NCBI GenBank assembly: GCA_035477215.1
Contig: DATIKU010000049.1
Coordinates: forward strand, 70,058-134,057
Source of the DNA: Spirochaetota bacterium
Lineage (GTDB): Bacteria; Spirochaetota; UBA4802; UBA5368
Length of the DNA: 64,000 bases
Direction: 5' to 3'
Shown: positions 40,204 to 50,647 of the stretch, one piece after another
Layout of the letters: every line of letters begins with the position of its first letter
Numbering within the stretch: the stretch's first letter is position 1
Translations under genes and position numbers: made by a program
Notes under the pieces: model-generated
Database searches by the model: none
What the model was told of the DNA's origin: nothing
Seen by the model: the letters and a program-made list of their open reading frames with translations, nothing else

Positions 40204-41862
40204 ATGTCATATCAGGTAATCGCGAGAAAGTGGCGGCCCCAGGATTTCGACGCGGTCGTTTTCCAGGAGCATGTGTCGCGCACCATCCGCAACAGCATTA
40301 AAAACGGTCGGATCGCCCACGCCTGCATCTTCGCGGGCCCGCGCGGCGTCGGAAAGACCACCATGGCGCGCATACTCGCAAAGGCCGTCAACTGCAAGGA
40401 GGGCCCCACCGACAGCCCCTGCGGCGTATGCGAAAATTGCAGGGAGATCCGCGAGGGAATCGCCTTCGACGTCATCGAGATCGACGGCGCCTCCAGCCGG
40501 GGAATCGAAAATATCCGCGAACTCCGCGAAAACGTCAACTTCGCGCCGCTCAAATCGAAATACAAGGTCTACATCATCGACGAAATCCACATGCTTACCA
40601 CCGAGGCCTTTAACGCTCTGCTTAAGACACTGGAGGAACCCCCGCCGCACGTGATATTCGTCTTCGCGACCACCGAGATACACAGGGTTCCCGACACCAT
40701 CCTGTCCCGCTGCCAGAAGTATTATTTCAAGAAGATATCGATCGACGCGATCGTGGCGCACCTGGCCCATATCGTCGGGGCGGAGGGCTTCAACGTGGAC
40801 GAGAAGGCGTTGTACTCGATCGCCCGCGCCGCCGACGGTTCGATGCGCGACGCGCAGTCGCTCCTCGACCAGATGCTCTCGTTTTCAGATGGCGCGGTCG
40901 GCGAGGACGACGCGCTCGCGCTTCTCGGTGTCGTACCGCTTGCGAGCTACCTGCACGTGCTGGGCGCCGTCGCCGGAGGCGACAGGAAGGCGCTTATGGA
41001 CGAGGTTCACCGGGTCGTGACGCTCGGTGTGGATGTCCCGCGCTACGTGGCGGGACTCATGGACGTCATTCGAAGCGCACGCCTCATCAAAAACGGAGTT
41101 GTGGTGCGGGAAATACTGGGGTTCTCGACTGAGGAGACCGCCGGTCTTCAGGCGCTTGAGGCGAAATTCCATGACGAGGAGCTCGGCGTGCTTTTCAGGA
41201 TCGGCGTCGAGATACAGGCCGACCTGCGCGCCCAGGCGGGAGAGCGGATATGCCTCGAAATGGGGCTGCTCGATATGGCCTCGGCGAAGGCGGCGCCCTC
41301 CATCGCCGAAATTCTAAGGAAAATCGGAGGGGACCGTCCGCTCCCGCCGACCGGAAAAAAAACTCCCGAGCGACCCCGGCCTCAAGAAGCGACGAGGAGC
41401 GCGCCGGAAACCGCATCCCCCCGGCCGCCGGACGGATTGTCCGCGGTCATCGCCCCGAGATTGCGTGATGAGTGGTCGTCATTTCTCTCTTCGCTCGAAA
41501 AACAACGGCAATACCTTCACGTGCGCCTGAACCAGGCGCGGCCCTCCTTCGAGGACGGGCGTCTGGTCCTCTCGTTCCCCATAAGCGACGAGAACGGTTT
41601 CCACAGCAGGATTATTGACAGCAAAGATATCACGTTCATAAAAGACGAGCTCTCGAAACGCCTGGGAGGCGCGGTGGCAGTCGTAACGCGGGACGCCCCG
41701 ACGGAAGAAAACCTCGAATCGCCGGTCTCCGGGGACATCCCGCCCCCCGAGGCGGTGATGCTCTCGAGGCCCGAGCCGGAGGAGTTGCCGGTTGTCAGCC
41801 CGGTGGTCGAGAAGGTTAAAGATATGTTTCACGGTCGGATTATCGATAAAGGAGACGAGTAA
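40204..41862 (+). CDS. dnaX: DNA polymerase III subunit gamma/tau.
   Basis: WRPQDF ... GPRGVGKTT ... IIDEIHML. Confidence 0.95.
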   Translation: MSYQVIARKWRPQDFDAVVFQEHVSRTIRNSIKNGRIAHACIFAGPRGVGKTTMARILAKAVNCKEGPTDSPCGVCENCREIREGIAFDVIEIDGASSRGIENIRELRENVNFAPLKSKYKVYIIDEIHMLTTEAFNALLKTLEEPPPHVIFVFATTEIHRVPDTILSRCQKYYFKKISIDAIVAHLAHIVGAEGFNVDEKALYSIARAADGSMRDAQSLLDQMLSFSDGAVGEDDALALLGVVPLASYLHVLGAVAGGDRKALMDEVHRVVTLGVDVPRYVAGLMDVIRSARLIKNGVVVREILGFSTEETAGLQALEAKFHDEELGVLFRIGVEIQADLRAQAGERICLEMGLLDMASAKAAPSIAEILRKIGGDRPLPPTGKKTPERPRPQEATRSAPETASPRPPDGLSAVIAPRLRDEWSSFLSSLEKQRQYLHVRLNQARPSFEDGRLVLSFPISDENGFHSRIIDSKDITFIKDELSKRLGGAVAVVTRDAPTEENLESPVSGDIPPPEAVMLSRPEPEELPVVSPVVEKVKDMFHGRIIDKGDE

Positions 41863-42185
41863 TGCTGAAGGAACTTGGGGAGATGGGCCAGATCATGAAG
41901 CTTCAGAAGGAGTTTAAAAACATCCAGAAGAAGCTGCAGAAGAACGAGGTCACCGGCGAGAGCACGGACGGAACGGTAAAGGCCACCATAAACGGCGAAT
42001 ATAAACTGGTGGACCTCAAGATCGACGAGGCGGCGCTCGCGACGGCCGACAGGCGCGCCATCGAGAAAAAAATTATATTCGCCGTCAACGACGCGGTGGA
42101 TAAAACAAAAGAATATGCGGCCCAGGAAATGGCCAGGCTCACCGGCGGGCTCAACATCCCCGGCCTTGGAAACTTTTTGAAGTAG
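41862..42185 (+). CDS. ybaB: Nucleoid-associated protein YbaB/EbfC.
   Basis: TAATG overlap with dnaX. 107 aa in the YbaB family. Confidence 0.9.
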   Translation: MLKELGEMGQIMKLQKEFKNIQKKLQKNEVTGESTDGTVKATINGEYKLVDLKIDEAALATADRRAIEKKIIFAVNDAVDKTKEYAAQEMARLTGGLNIPGLGNFLK

Positions 42186-42194
42186 GACAAGCGA

Positions 42195-42791
42195 GTGAAC
42201 CTTCCCGGTACGCTTGAAGCGCTCATCCGCGAGCTGTCGAGGCTTCCCGGCATAGGCCCCAAGAGCGCCTCGAGGCTCGCGTTTCACCTGATAAAGGCGA
42301 GCCCGGAGGACGCCTCGGGTCTGGCGCGGGCCATCGTCGAATGCAAGCGCTCCATCACCGCATGCACGGCCTGCGGCGCCATAGCGGAGGGCGGGCTCTG
42401 CCCGGTCTGCGCCGACGCGACGCGCGATCAAACGGTAATGTGCGTGGTCGAAAATCCGCGCGATGTGCTCACGATTGAGAGAACGGGTGAGTTCAGGGGT
42501 CTGTATCATGTGCTGGGCGGGGTCATCTCCCCGCTTGACGGGATCGGCCCGGACGAGCTTTCAGTCCGCGGCCTTGTCGACCGCTGCACTGGAGGCGCGG
42601 TACGCGAACTCATTATCGCGACCAATCCCACGGTCGAGGGCGATGCCACCGGCCTCTATCTCGCGCGGTTGCTCAAGCCGCTGGGCCTGCGGGTTATGAG
42701 GATTGCGCACGGGCTGCCGGTGGGGGCCGACCTCGAATACGCCGATTCGATGACGATTGCCAGGTCGATTGCGGGGCGCGTGGAGATGTAG
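42195..42791 (+). CDS. recR: Recombination protein RecR.
   Basis: LPGIGPKSA HhH motif. C4 zinc finger CTACGAIAEGGLCPVC. Toprim domain. Confidence 0.9.
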   Translation: MNLPGTLEALIRELSRLPGIGPKSASRLAFHLIKASPEDASGLARAIVECKRSITACTACGAIAEGGLCPVCADATRDQTVMCVVENPRDVLTIERTGEFRGLYHVLGGVISPLDGIGPDELSVRGLVDRCTGGAVRELIIATNPTVEGDATGLYLARLLKPLGLRVMRIAHGLPVGADLEYADSMTIARSIAGRVEM

Positions 42792-42804
42792 GACCGGCCC
42801 GCGA

Positions 42805-44118
42805 TCAGCGTTTTTTCCCCTCAATCGAGATATCGACGGGTATGCCCGTAAGGCCCAGTTTGCGCTGGAGCGCCTTCTCTATGTGGCGGAGGAGGTCTTT
42901 GCGGAAGTGTTCCGGGTTATTCACGAAGAGCTTGAACCGGGGCGGTTTTACCCCCGTCTGAGTGAGATAATAGATTTTAAGTTTGCCTCCCAGCGTCGGA
43001 ATATGGTGCGAGCGCTGGATTTCCTCCATTATTCGGTTTAGCCTGGGCGTTTCCACCCGCTTCAAGGCCCGCTCACTCAGGTCGACCGCCGTGGTCACCA
43101 GGCGGTGAATACGCTGTTTCTCGCGGGCCGAAATGGAAATAATCGGAAAATCGCCGGCGCGGTAGAACGTAAAGATGAGGCGTTCCTTATAGACGTCAAA
43201 GGTTTTATGGTCTTTTTCTATCGCATCCCACTTGTTTACGGCGATTATGGTGGGCTTGAGGGCGGCGATAATCTCGTCGGCTATCTTTTTATCGGTGTCG
43301 GTGAGTCCCTCCGCGGCGTCGATCAGGTGGATCACGACGTCGCACCGGCGGATTGACTCGACGGCGCGCCGAAGGGAGTAGAAGTCGACGTTTTCGGTGA
43401 TGCGGCTCTTTTTTCGGATACCGGCCGTGTCAATGAGGGTGATTGTGCGGCCGTGAAAAACGAAATCCTCGTCGATGGCGTCGCGCGTGGTGCCCGGGAT
43501 ATCCGATACGATCGAGCGCTCGTAGCCGATAAAAGCGTTGAGAAGCGTCGATTTGCCCGCGTTCGGACGCCCGACTATGGCGATTTTGAGCTTTTCTTCC
43601 TCCGAATGGAGGCGCTTGACGGGCAGCCGGTCGATTATTTTATCCAGCAGAAGGCCGATATTGACCCGGTTCAGGGCGGAAATCGGCAGGAAATCATCAA
43701 ACCCCATCTCGTAAAAGTGCGGCAGGTTTTGAAAACTGGAAGGGCCGTCCATCTTGTTGACGGCGATGATGACCGGGATGTTCAGTTTGCGGACGATTTC
43801 GGCCAGATCCATGTCGAATGACGCCGGGGCCGGGTTCTCGAGGAGCAGGATGATCACCGTGGAGCGCGAAAGAAAATTTTTCGCGTTGTCGAGTATCGCC
43901 TTGGAGAGCAGGGACGAATTCTCTATGTCCAGTCCCGGCGTGTCGGAAAGCATGAACGAGGCGTCGGCATGGGTGACCCGGTACGATAGAATATCGCGCG
44001 TGAGGCCCGGCATCGAGTCGACGATCGCCTTCTTCTGTTTTATCAGCGCGTTAAAGAGCGTCGATTTGCCGACGTTCTGCCTGCCGATGATCGTGACGAT
44101 TGGAAGCTGCTTTGCCAT
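42805..44118 (-). CDS. der: Ribosome-biogenesis GTPase Der (EngA), double GTPase.
   Basis: GRQNVGKST and GRPNAGKST P-loops plus a KH-like C-terminus. Confidence 0.9.
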   Translation of the reverse strand: MAKQLPIVTIIGRQNVGKSTLFNALIKQKKAIVDSMPGLTRDILSYRVTHADASFMLSDTPGLDIENSSLLSKAILDNAKNFLSRSTVIILLLENPAPASFDMDLAEIVRKLNIPVIIAVNKMDGPSSFQNLPHFYEMGFDDFLPISALNRVNIGLLLDKIIDRLPVKRLHSEEEKLKIAIVGRPNAGKSTLLNAFIGYERSIVSDIPGTTRDAIDEDFVFHGRTITLIDTAGIRKKSRITENVDFYSLRRAVESIRRCDVVIHLIDAAEGLTDTDKKIADEIIAALKPTIIAVNKWDAIEKDHKTFDVYKERLIFTFYRAGDFPIISISAREKQRIHRLVTTAVDLSERALKRVETPRLNRIMEEIQRSHHIPTLGGKLKIYYLTQTGVKPPRFKLFVNNPEHFRKDLLRHIEKALQRKLGLTGIPVDISIEGKKR

Positions 44119-44551
44119 TGCTTTTACTGTTCTCCACCGTTCACCGGCAAGGATAATGGAGAGTTCGCCGCTTACAAGTAAATTAATTTATTTGGCCCCG
44201 GCGGGACAGCGCCACTCTCCGTGCCCCGACCATGCATAAACGGCAGCCGCGCCATTGATCGAACGATTCGTACGCGGAATGAATACGGGGATTTGGAAAA
44301 ATATTTACTAACGCCAAAATCGTTGACATCCGGGCCGACACCGGAAGAAACGAAAGTGATATAAACTGAAAAGATTATAATAATATTTATTATATAAAAC
44401 AGTTTTTTACTTGCAAAAAAATATTATATGTTTACACTACTTTCGAAAATGCATTCGCGATGCCCGACCTCGTTAATTAATTGATACGACGTTCGCGGGT
44501 GCTTCGGGGTTCTGGACCCCGAGATAAAAATACAAAGGGGTGGTGCATTAA

Positions 44552-44755
44552 ATGAAAGGTAAATCGGTAAAGCAGTTGACGGCGGAAGGGAAGAGAAGGG
44601 CGATCAAGGCGAGGAAGCTCGAGGGCGAGCTGAAGAAGGAAAAGGCCGCTCTTGCCAAGGCACAGAAGGATCTGGTTGCGGCAAAGAAGGCCGAGGCCGC
44701 TGCGAAGAAAAAGAAGATAGTGAAAAAGCCCGCGAAAAAAGCCGTTAAAAAGTAA
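44552..44755 (+). CDS. Lys/Ala-rich histone-H1-like small basic protein.
   Basis: KAAKK-type repeats; 67 aa. AAAGGGGTGG RBS. A 350-bp AT-rich leader lies upstream. Confidence 0.6.
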   Translation: MKGKSVKQLTAEGKRRAIKARKLEGELKKEKAALAKAQKDLVAAKKAEAAAKKKKIVKKPAKKAVKK

Positions 44756-45013
44756 ACCATACCCGAAAGAAAACGAAGAACCAACGAGGGGAGAAATGAG
44801 GCTCCCCTTATTGTTTTTGGGCGCATTAGAGCGGAAACGTCCATTAAAATAGAGTGAAGTATTTTTCAGCGGAATTCGATAGATAATGCAGGGGCGTATC
44901 TCGAAAAGCGGGCCTCTCCCGGGAGGTCGCTGCCCGTTGCTACGGGAATTCGCGAAGGCGCCCGCGCGCGAACAACGGCCTCGGGCCGGGAGCGACGTGG
45001 CAAGGAGACGGGT

Positions 45014-46183
45014 GTGGCGGAGTTCAAGGAAAGAAAACTGCGGGCTTTTGATGATATCAGGACCCTGCCCGACATCATTGAGATGCTGAAAACCCAGTTC
45101 CACAACAGGAAGCTCAATATCAAATACTCCATCGACAGGATGGAAGCAAAGGTCAACGAGTATCTCGAGGACAACACCGTAATGCTTGTAACCGATCAGG
45201 AATTCACGCCGGAGGATTCCATTACGATCTACGGTCTTCTGGACAAATATTTCGAGATCGACCTCAAGGTGGTGGAAACGCGCGGGCCGGGGTACTTCAG
45301 GTGTAGTATCGTCAGCATGAGGAAGGCGTCGCGCGGCAGAAGGGACCTGCGGTTCAGGGTGGGTCCCGAAAAGGTGACCGCCACGAATTTCAAGATTTCG
45401 AAGCATACCATCGATATCACCAGTTTCACGATACCCACGGGCATAAAGGTCATTATCGAGCAGTTCCAGTCCCAGCACTCGAAACTTGCCGACATCTTCA
45501 AGGTGGATGTTTTCCAGCCAGGCGATCCGATAATCGACCGGGTGAAGCGAAGCCAGAAGAACGTTTTTATTGAAGATTTTTCAAATCCGGAGTCACTTAA
45601 GCCGGAAAACGATAACTTTGTGGATATGGAGGAATTTCTGGGAGATGATGCCGAACAGTATCTGAAAAAGGGGATAGAGCGCGGCTATAAATCGCTTATC
45701 ATCTCTCCCGTAACCTATATAACCCCGGCCGAACAACCTATTCCCTTCGCCTATATTCAGGCCATCTCGAAAAAAGACATTCTTACGATAGAAAAGATGC
45801 TCGAGATCAAGGAGCTGGGGTTTACACTCATGGATCGCATCAGGGACGCCAATACACTGCTGGTGCCGGTGCACCAGCAGATCGTCGATATAAGCCTGGG
45901 CGGCGCAAAACTCATGCTCTCCGACGAAAACCTCAAGAAGTACGTGATACACTCCAAGGGGTTCGTCTTCGACATCGTTTTCAAGCTGCAGGCCCCTATC
46001 ACCATCTACGGCGAGGTGAAATTCACCTTCTCCGATAAAGCGGGCAACCTGTTTGTAGGGGTCGATTTCGCGGGAAATTCGTCGAGAAAAGACGAAATGA
46101 AGCGTTTTTACTCGGTCATCAAGCCTATGGAGATCGAGTATAAAAACAGACTTATCAAGGAAATGAAGCAGAAAAACAAGTGA
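45014..46183 (+). CDS. PilZ-domain protein (putative c-di-GMP receptor).
   Basis: GTG start after AGGAGA. RRDLRFRV (RxxxR) and DISLGGAKL (DxSxGG) motifs. Confidence 0.5.
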   Translation: MAEFKERKLRAFDDIRTLPDIIEMLKTQFHNRKLNIKYSIDRMEAKVNEYLEDNTVMLVTDQEFTPEDSITIYGLLDKYFEIDLKVVETRGPGYFRCSIVSMRKASRGRRDLRFRVGPEKVTATNFKISKHTIDITSFTIPTGIKVIIEQFQSQHSKLADIFKVDVFQPGDPIIDRVKRSQKNVFIEDFSNPESLKPENDNFVDMEEFLGDDAEQYLKKGIERGYKSLIISPVTYITPAEQPIPFAYIQAISKKDILTIEKMLEIKELGFTLMDRIRDANTLLVPVHQQIVDISLGGAKLMLSDENLKKYVIHSKGFVFDIVFKLQAPITIYGEVKFTFSDKAGNLFVGVDFAGNSSRKDEMKRFYSVIKPMEIEYKNRLIKEMKQKNK

Positions 46184-46915
46184 TTACCTCTTCCCTTCCG
46201 CGTTTATTTTTTCTTCCCTGATTACCTCGGCATCCGACTTGCGCGCGTAAAAAGGAACGACCGCCGTGAATTTCGCGTATCGGTCCGGGTCCGCGGCGTA
46301 TGCATTCATGACGATTCGGCAGGCGACGTTTCCCGAAGGGGCGAAACCCGGAAGCACCGCGCATTCGGGGACCTGCGCTTCTATCTCCGAGCGGTATTTT
46401 TCGGCCCCGTCGCCGATGGCGAATGCGCGTTTACCGAGAGCGGGGAGCGCCAGTCGGGTTATCTCGTAATCTCCCGGGGCAACCACCTCGATCGGGGAAA
46501 GCGGATCGTCTGATGAGCGGTAGAGCGCGCCGAACACGCGGCCCTTTTTCGCGTCGAAGGCCACCAGGACGTACTCGCCGGGCGCCGCAGCGACCGAAGC
46601 CGCGTAGAGAAGCTGTGATTTCACCGGAACAAGGGGTACGTCCAGCACCTGTGCCAGCATACGCGCGGTGCTTACGGCGATCCGGATGCCGGTGAAGGAG
46701 CCGGGGCCCACGCCAACGCCGATCAGTCCGATGTCGCGTATGCCGATGCCGAGCTCGACGAGCGCCGCATCGAGGTTCGCGAAGAGCGTCACCGAATGCG
46801 ATACGCGCGATGCCGCCGTACGGTCCGAGGTCCTCACTCCCGAGGAGGCGGCGAGAAGCTCGACGGAGGTTGCGGTTTCAATCACCAGGGTATTCAATGC
46901 TGATTTTCCTTTCAT
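46184..46915 (-). CDS. tsaB: tRNA t6A biosynthesis protein TsaB (YeaZ).
   Basis: LVIETATSVELLA. TsaB fold. Overlaps the tsaE stop. Confidence 0.8.
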   Translation of the reverse strand: MKGKSALNTLVIETATSVELLAASSGVRTSDRTAASRVSHSVTLFANLDAALVELGIGIRDIGLIGVGVGPGSFTGIRIAVSTARMLAQVLDVPLVPVKSQLLYAASVAAAPGEYVLVAFDAKKGRVFGALYRSSDDPLSPIEVVAPGDYEITRLALPALGKRAFAIGDGAEKYRSEIEAQVPECAVLPGFAPSGNVACRIVMNAYAADPDRYAKFTAVVPFYARKSDAEVIREEKINAEGKR

Positions 46916-47306
46916 TCTCACCGCAGTATTCCATGAATATGGCGACGGTCGAATCCGGCAGCAGCCCCTCGGCGCGCTCGGCCCATTCGATTACGGAAAC
47001 GCCGTCACCCTCCCAATATTCCTCGAAACCAAGCGTATCGAACTCGGCCGCCTTTTCTATGCGGTACAGGTCGAAATGGTACAGCGGCATCCCGCCGTCG
47101 TAAATTTCGAGCAGCGTGAAGGTGGGGCTGGTGATGTCATCGGTTATGCCCAGCCCCCTGGCGATCCCGCGGGCAAGTACGGTCTTCCCGCTTCCGAGGT
47201 CGCCGCACAGCGCATAGACGGTCCCACGGCGCGCGCTTTGGCCAAGCTCCTTCCCCAGGCCAAGGGTCTCTTCCTCGGAGCGGCTTATCAGGGTCCTGCG
47301 TCGCAT
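46878..47306 (-). CDS. tsaE: tRNA t6A biosynthesis ATPase TsaE (YjeE).
   Basis: GDLGSGKT P-loop. Probable start MRRRTL. Confidence 0.8.
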   Translation of the reverse strand: MRRRTLISRSEEETLGLGKELGQSARRGTVYALCGDLGSGKTVLARGIARGLGITDDITSPTFTLLEIYDGGMPLYHFDLYRIEKAAEFDTLGFEEYWEGDGVSVIEWAERAEGLLPDSTVAIFMEYCGENERKISIEYPGD

Positions 47307-47313
47307 GTTTAAC

Positions 47314-48261
47314 TCAGGACGCGGGGGTCGTCTCTTTTTCAAGTCTTTTTATAAAAGCGACGATGTGCTCCGGTGGATCGATCCCGAAGCACATGGGTTT
47401 TCCTGTTGCGGGGTGGTTGAACTCGAGGTATACGGACGCGAGCAGCAGGTGGGGAACGCGGTATTTTTCCCACTTTTTCGAGTAGATGGGGTCGCCGATG
47501 ACCGGGAGCCCCGTTGAGGACAGATGCACCCGGATCTGGTGCGTACGTCCAGTGTGGATGACAACATCGAAGACCGAGTAGACGCCGGTTTGAGTGTGAT
47601 AGATATTTTTTAAAAAGAGTTCGGTGACGGCAGCCCTGCCGTCACCCCGGATGCTCATCTTATGCCGGTATTTCGGGTGCCTGCCTATCGGCGAATCAAT
47701 GACGAGGTGATCGGCCTTGGGTTTGCCCGCCGTCACGGCGACGTACCGCTTTACCACCGTCCTTCCGGCGAACGCCTCTGATAAAAACCGGTGTGCCAGG
47801 TCGGTCTTCGCTATCACCATCACCCCGGCCGTGTCCTTGTCGAGGCGGTGCACGATGCCGGGTCGCTCAACCCCGCCGATTGAAGAAAGGTCGCGCAGGT
47901 GATGGAGCAGGGCGTTTACCAGGGTTCCGTCGCTGTTTCCCGGGCCGGGATGAACGACAAGCCCGGCGGGCTTGTTGATGACGGCAAGCTGGTCATCTTC
48001 GAACAGGATGTCGAGCGGAATGTCCTGCGGCTCCAGGTCAAGCTTTTCCGGCTTGGGGAAGGCGATCAATACGGCGTCGTCGGTTTTAAGCCGATAGTTG
48101 GGCTTGACGGGCGCGCCGTTGACGGTGATGTGGCCGTCGCGGATAAGGTGCTGTATAAGGCTGCGCGAAAGGTCCATCTCCAGGGACTGCGAGAGGAAGC
48201 GGTCGATGCGCTCGAGCTCGCCCTCGCCGGGGATTATTATTTCGATGTGTTCGCCGTGCAT
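47314..48261 (-). CDS. rluD: RluA-family pseudouridine synthase (RluD-like) with S4 domain.
   Basis: HRLDKDTAGVMV catalytic motif. N-terminal S4 domain. Confidence 0.85.
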   Translation of the reverse strand: MHGEHIEIIIPGEGELERIDRFLSQSLEMDLSRSLIQHLIRDGHITVNGAPVKPNYRLKTDDAVLIAFPKPEKLDLEPQDIPLDILFEDDQLAVINKPAGLVVHPGPGNSDGTLVNALLHHLRDLSSIGGVERPGIVHRLDKDTAGVMVIAKTDLAHRFLSEAFAGRTVVKRYVAVTAGKPKADHLVIDSPIGRHPKYRHKMSIRGDGRAAVTELFLKNIYHTQTGVYSVFDVVIHTGRTHQIRVHLSSTGLPVIGDPIYSKKWEKYRVPHLLLASVYLEFNHPATGKPMCFGIDPPEHIVAFIKRLEKETTPAS

Positions 48262-48488
48262 GGTGATATCAAACCGTTCCGATCAGCCGTTCTCAGTGCG
48301 GGTGTGGCAAAATCCGGGGTGAAAATATAGTCATCGCGAGGAGCGCGGCGACGCGGCGAACTCAAAAGGCGGGAAGCTAATCTCCAGGCCCTGCCTGGAA
48401 AGAGATTGCCATGCGCCGGCGAGACCGGGGCTCGTACTAACTGACTATCCCATGAAATTTAATTCACACCCCTTCGCGCGTAAAGCCC

Positions 48489-48977
48489 ATGATCGATTAT
48501 ATATTGACTTCCGCATCCGTCCATTCATTAATTGCCGCCATGGAACCCGGAGCCATACGGTCGACGATTGCGGCCCGCGCCGCGGAGCTTCGAGCATACC
48601 CGGTTGAACACGCCGCGGCGCTGCTCGCCTGCGCGGGCGTCCTCTATTTCATGGAAATCATCTATTTCATGATTGCCATCGCGTTTCTCTATGGCAGGGC
48701 CCCGGCGGTCGGTATCGGCTTTCTGCTTTCGGGCCTTTTGAGCGTCCAGGTGATCGGCCTTTCGATGAAAAAAGAGCCGACCCGAAAGGTCCACCTCTTT
48801 CTGATGGAGATACATGCCGCCTATTCGATACCCTTTCTCATCGGTGCGTTCTCCGGCGCGGTCCCGGTGACGGGTTACGACCAGGCGTTCATCGCCCTGC
48901 GCTGGGTACTTGTGCTGATCGAGATCTGCGGGGTGTACCTGCTTACCGATGAACGGGTGAGGGCTTCGTTCTCCTAA
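48489..48977 (+). CDS. Hypothetical membrane protein.
   Basis: 162 aa, four or five TM helices. Confidence 0.4.
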   Translation: MIDYILTSASVHSLIAAMEPGAIRSTIAARAAELRAYPVEHAAALLACAGVLYFMEIIYFMIAIAFLYGRAPAVGIGFLLSGLLSVQVIGLSMKKEPTRKVHLFLMEIHAAYSIPFLIGAFSGAVPVTGYDQAFIALRWVLVLIEICGVYLLTDERVRASFS

Positions 48978-50188
48978 ATGTTTTCCGCCACCGCCATGCC
49001 GAATTCGGAACACTTCAGAAGCTTCGCCCCCTCCATCTGCCGCTCCAGGTCGTAGGTAACGCGCTTCTGGTCTATGGTCTTTTCGATCGCCTTTACCAGC
49101 CGGTCGGCCGCCTCACTCCAGCCGAGGAAGCGCAGCATGAGCTCCCCGGACAGGATGAGCGAGCTCGGGTTGACCTTGTCCTGGCCGGCGTATTTCGGCG
49201 CGGTTCCGTGCGTGGCCTCGAAAATCGCCTCGCTGTCGCCGATGTTCGCGCCCGGCGCCATGCCGAGCCCCCCGACCTGCGCTGCAAGCGCGTCCGAGAG
49301 ATAGTCCCCGTTGAGGTTGGGCGTGGCGATAACGTCGTATTCCTCCGGGCGCAAAAGCACCTGCTGGAACATGGAATCGGCGATCCGGTCCTTGATGATG
49401 ATTGTGCCTTCGGGTGCCTTCCCCTTGCATGTGTCCCAGAGTTCATCCTCCGTAATTGTGCGCCCGGCGAATTCCTCACGGGCCAGTTCGTACCCCCAGT
49501 CCTTGAAGGAGCCCTCGGTGAATTTCATGATGTTGCCCTTGTGCACCAGAGTAACGCTCTTCCTGCGGTTCTGAATGGCGTACTTGATGGCGCTGCGCAC
49601 CAGATTTTTGGTATTCGAGATGCTGATGGGCTTGATGCCGATACCTGCGTCGAACTCGAGTTTCTGCCCCATCTCGCGGTTGAGGAATTCGATGAGCTTT
49701 CTGGCCTCGCCCGAGCCCTGCTTCCACTCGATCCCCGCGTAGAGGTCTTCCATGTTCTCGCGGTAGATGATCATGTCCACCTTGCCGGGCTCCTTCACGG
49801 GGCTCGGGACGCCCGCGAAATAACGCACCGGCCGCACACAGGCATAGAGCCTCAGTATCTGGCGCAGGGCGACGTTGATGCTGCGAATGCCGCCGCCGAC
49901 GGGCGTGGTGAGCGGCCCCTTGATGGCGACCTTGTATTCCTTGATTCGGTCGATGGTTTCCGCGGGAAGCCACTCTCCGGTTTTATCGAACGCCTTTTCC
50001 CCGGCCAGGACCTCCATCCATTCTATACGCTTTTTACCGCCATATGTCTTCTCGACCGCCGCGTCCAGCGCGATTTTCGCCGCGCGCCAGATGTCGGGCC
50101 CCGTGCCGTCGCCCTCGATAAACAGGACGACGGGGTTGTCCGGAACCTCGATCTTTCCGTGTTCGTACCGTATTTTTTCAGCCTTCAT
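48974..50188 (-). CDS. icd: NADP-dependent isocitrate dehydrogenase.
   Basis: Start MKAEKIRYE (ATG 50188). IDH family. Confidence 0.9.
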   Translation of the reverse strand: MKAEKIRYEHGKIEVPDNPVVLFIEGDGTGPDIWRAAKIALDAAVEKTYGGKKRIEWMEVLAGEKAFDKTGEWLPAETIDRIKEYKVAIKGPLTTPVGGGIRSINVALRQILRLYACVRPVRYFAGVPSPVKEPGKVDMIIYRENMEDLYAGIEWKQGSGEARKLIEFLNREMGQKLEFDAGIGIKPISISNTKNLVRSAIKYAIQNRRKSVTLVHKGNIMKFTEGSFKDWGYELAREEFAGRTITEDELWDTCKGKAPEGTIIIKDRIADSMFQQVLLRPEEYDVIATPNLNGDYLSDALAAQVGGLGMAPGANIGDSEAIFEATHGTAPKYAGQDKVNPSSLILSGELMLRFLGWSEAADRLVKAIEKTIDQKRVTYDLERQMEGAKLLKCSEFGMAVAENI

Positions 50189-50647
50189 AGTTGCGTACCT
50201 TCGACAATTATTAGAGTTATACCGCCGATAAACCGCACCCGCGACAATGACAACACCATGCATAATCCAATTCAGGGCCAGCACAAAACTGCCTAATCAT
50301 TTCCAAAAAACGCAAGTATGGAAACAGGATACCCATTCTGCCAATTCTTTTTTAGGGCGGCTGACGTAAATTCATTTGCAAACCCGTTTGTTGTATGTAT
50401 ATGAAGGGGTTGTACCGTGGAGGTAAAACCGAGCGCCGTGCCGACACGCGAGGGGCGCCCCGGTGGCTTTTTTCCTCTCCCGGGTTTCCGTGCGAAGATT
50501 TTTGAAAAAGACCGGGCTGCAGGCCCGCGCGACGGGATGCCTGATGGCGCGCTGCAGGCATAAGCATTCAACCCGCTTGTGCCGATAGTGTAACCGGGCG
50601 AATCGGACCCGTCTGACAGGATAATATTGCATCGCGAGGTAGTACAC

